A stretch of 64,000 nucleotides of DNA, taken from Azolla caroliniana (Eukaryota; Plantae; Polypodiophyta). The stretch lies in NCBI GenBank assembly GCA_043228905.1, contig JBHGNT010000002.1, forward strand, positions 3,844,001-3,908,000, written 5' to 3'. Of this stretch, positions 63,963 through 64,000 are shown one piece after another. Position 1 is the stretch's first letter, and the number at the start of each line of letters is the position of its first letter. The notes under the pieces were generated by a model, which did no database searches, had not been told where the DNA came from, and saw only the letters and a program-made list of their open reading frames with translations. A program made the translations under genes and the position numbers.

Positions 63963-64000
63963 GTCTGGATTCACTGCTTAGTTTGGAATAATAATCATTA

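Overview
AT-rich, intron-rich eukaryotic nuclear DNA from a land plant. A non-seed plant such as a fern is my inference from the repeat families and gene style; the sequence does not prove it. Manual splicing gives six protein-coding genes and one tRNA: (1) an 11-exon PTEN-family phosphatase (+, 1109-16830, 337 aa) with the animal-type P-loop HCKAGKGR and most intron positions matching human PTEN; (2) a 12-exon plastid-type uracil phosphoribosyltransferase (-, 18052-23980); (3) a 5-exon 246-aa protein of unknown function, weakly DnaJ-X-domain-like and lacking a J domain (+, 26575-32341); (4) a CML17/18-like calmodulin-like protein (-, 33768-34355); (5) tRNA-Gln(CTG) (+, 39037-39108); (6) a 39-exon class XI myosin (-, 40736-56348); (7) the first four exons of a plastid AIR carboxylase (PurK-PurE/ADE2 type; +, from 60099, running off the window). 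Introns and spacers hold two hAT-type MITEs, many fragments of one RTE-X/L2-like LINE family, a Penelope-like RT relic, a solo LTR with a perfect TSD, an L1 fragment and many local tandem duplications. The strongest leads are the animal-like PTEN, the Penelope-like element, a LINE tail that forms a myosin splice acceptor, and the orphan gene. All gene models are hand-spliced and all family calls come from remembered motifs, not database searches.
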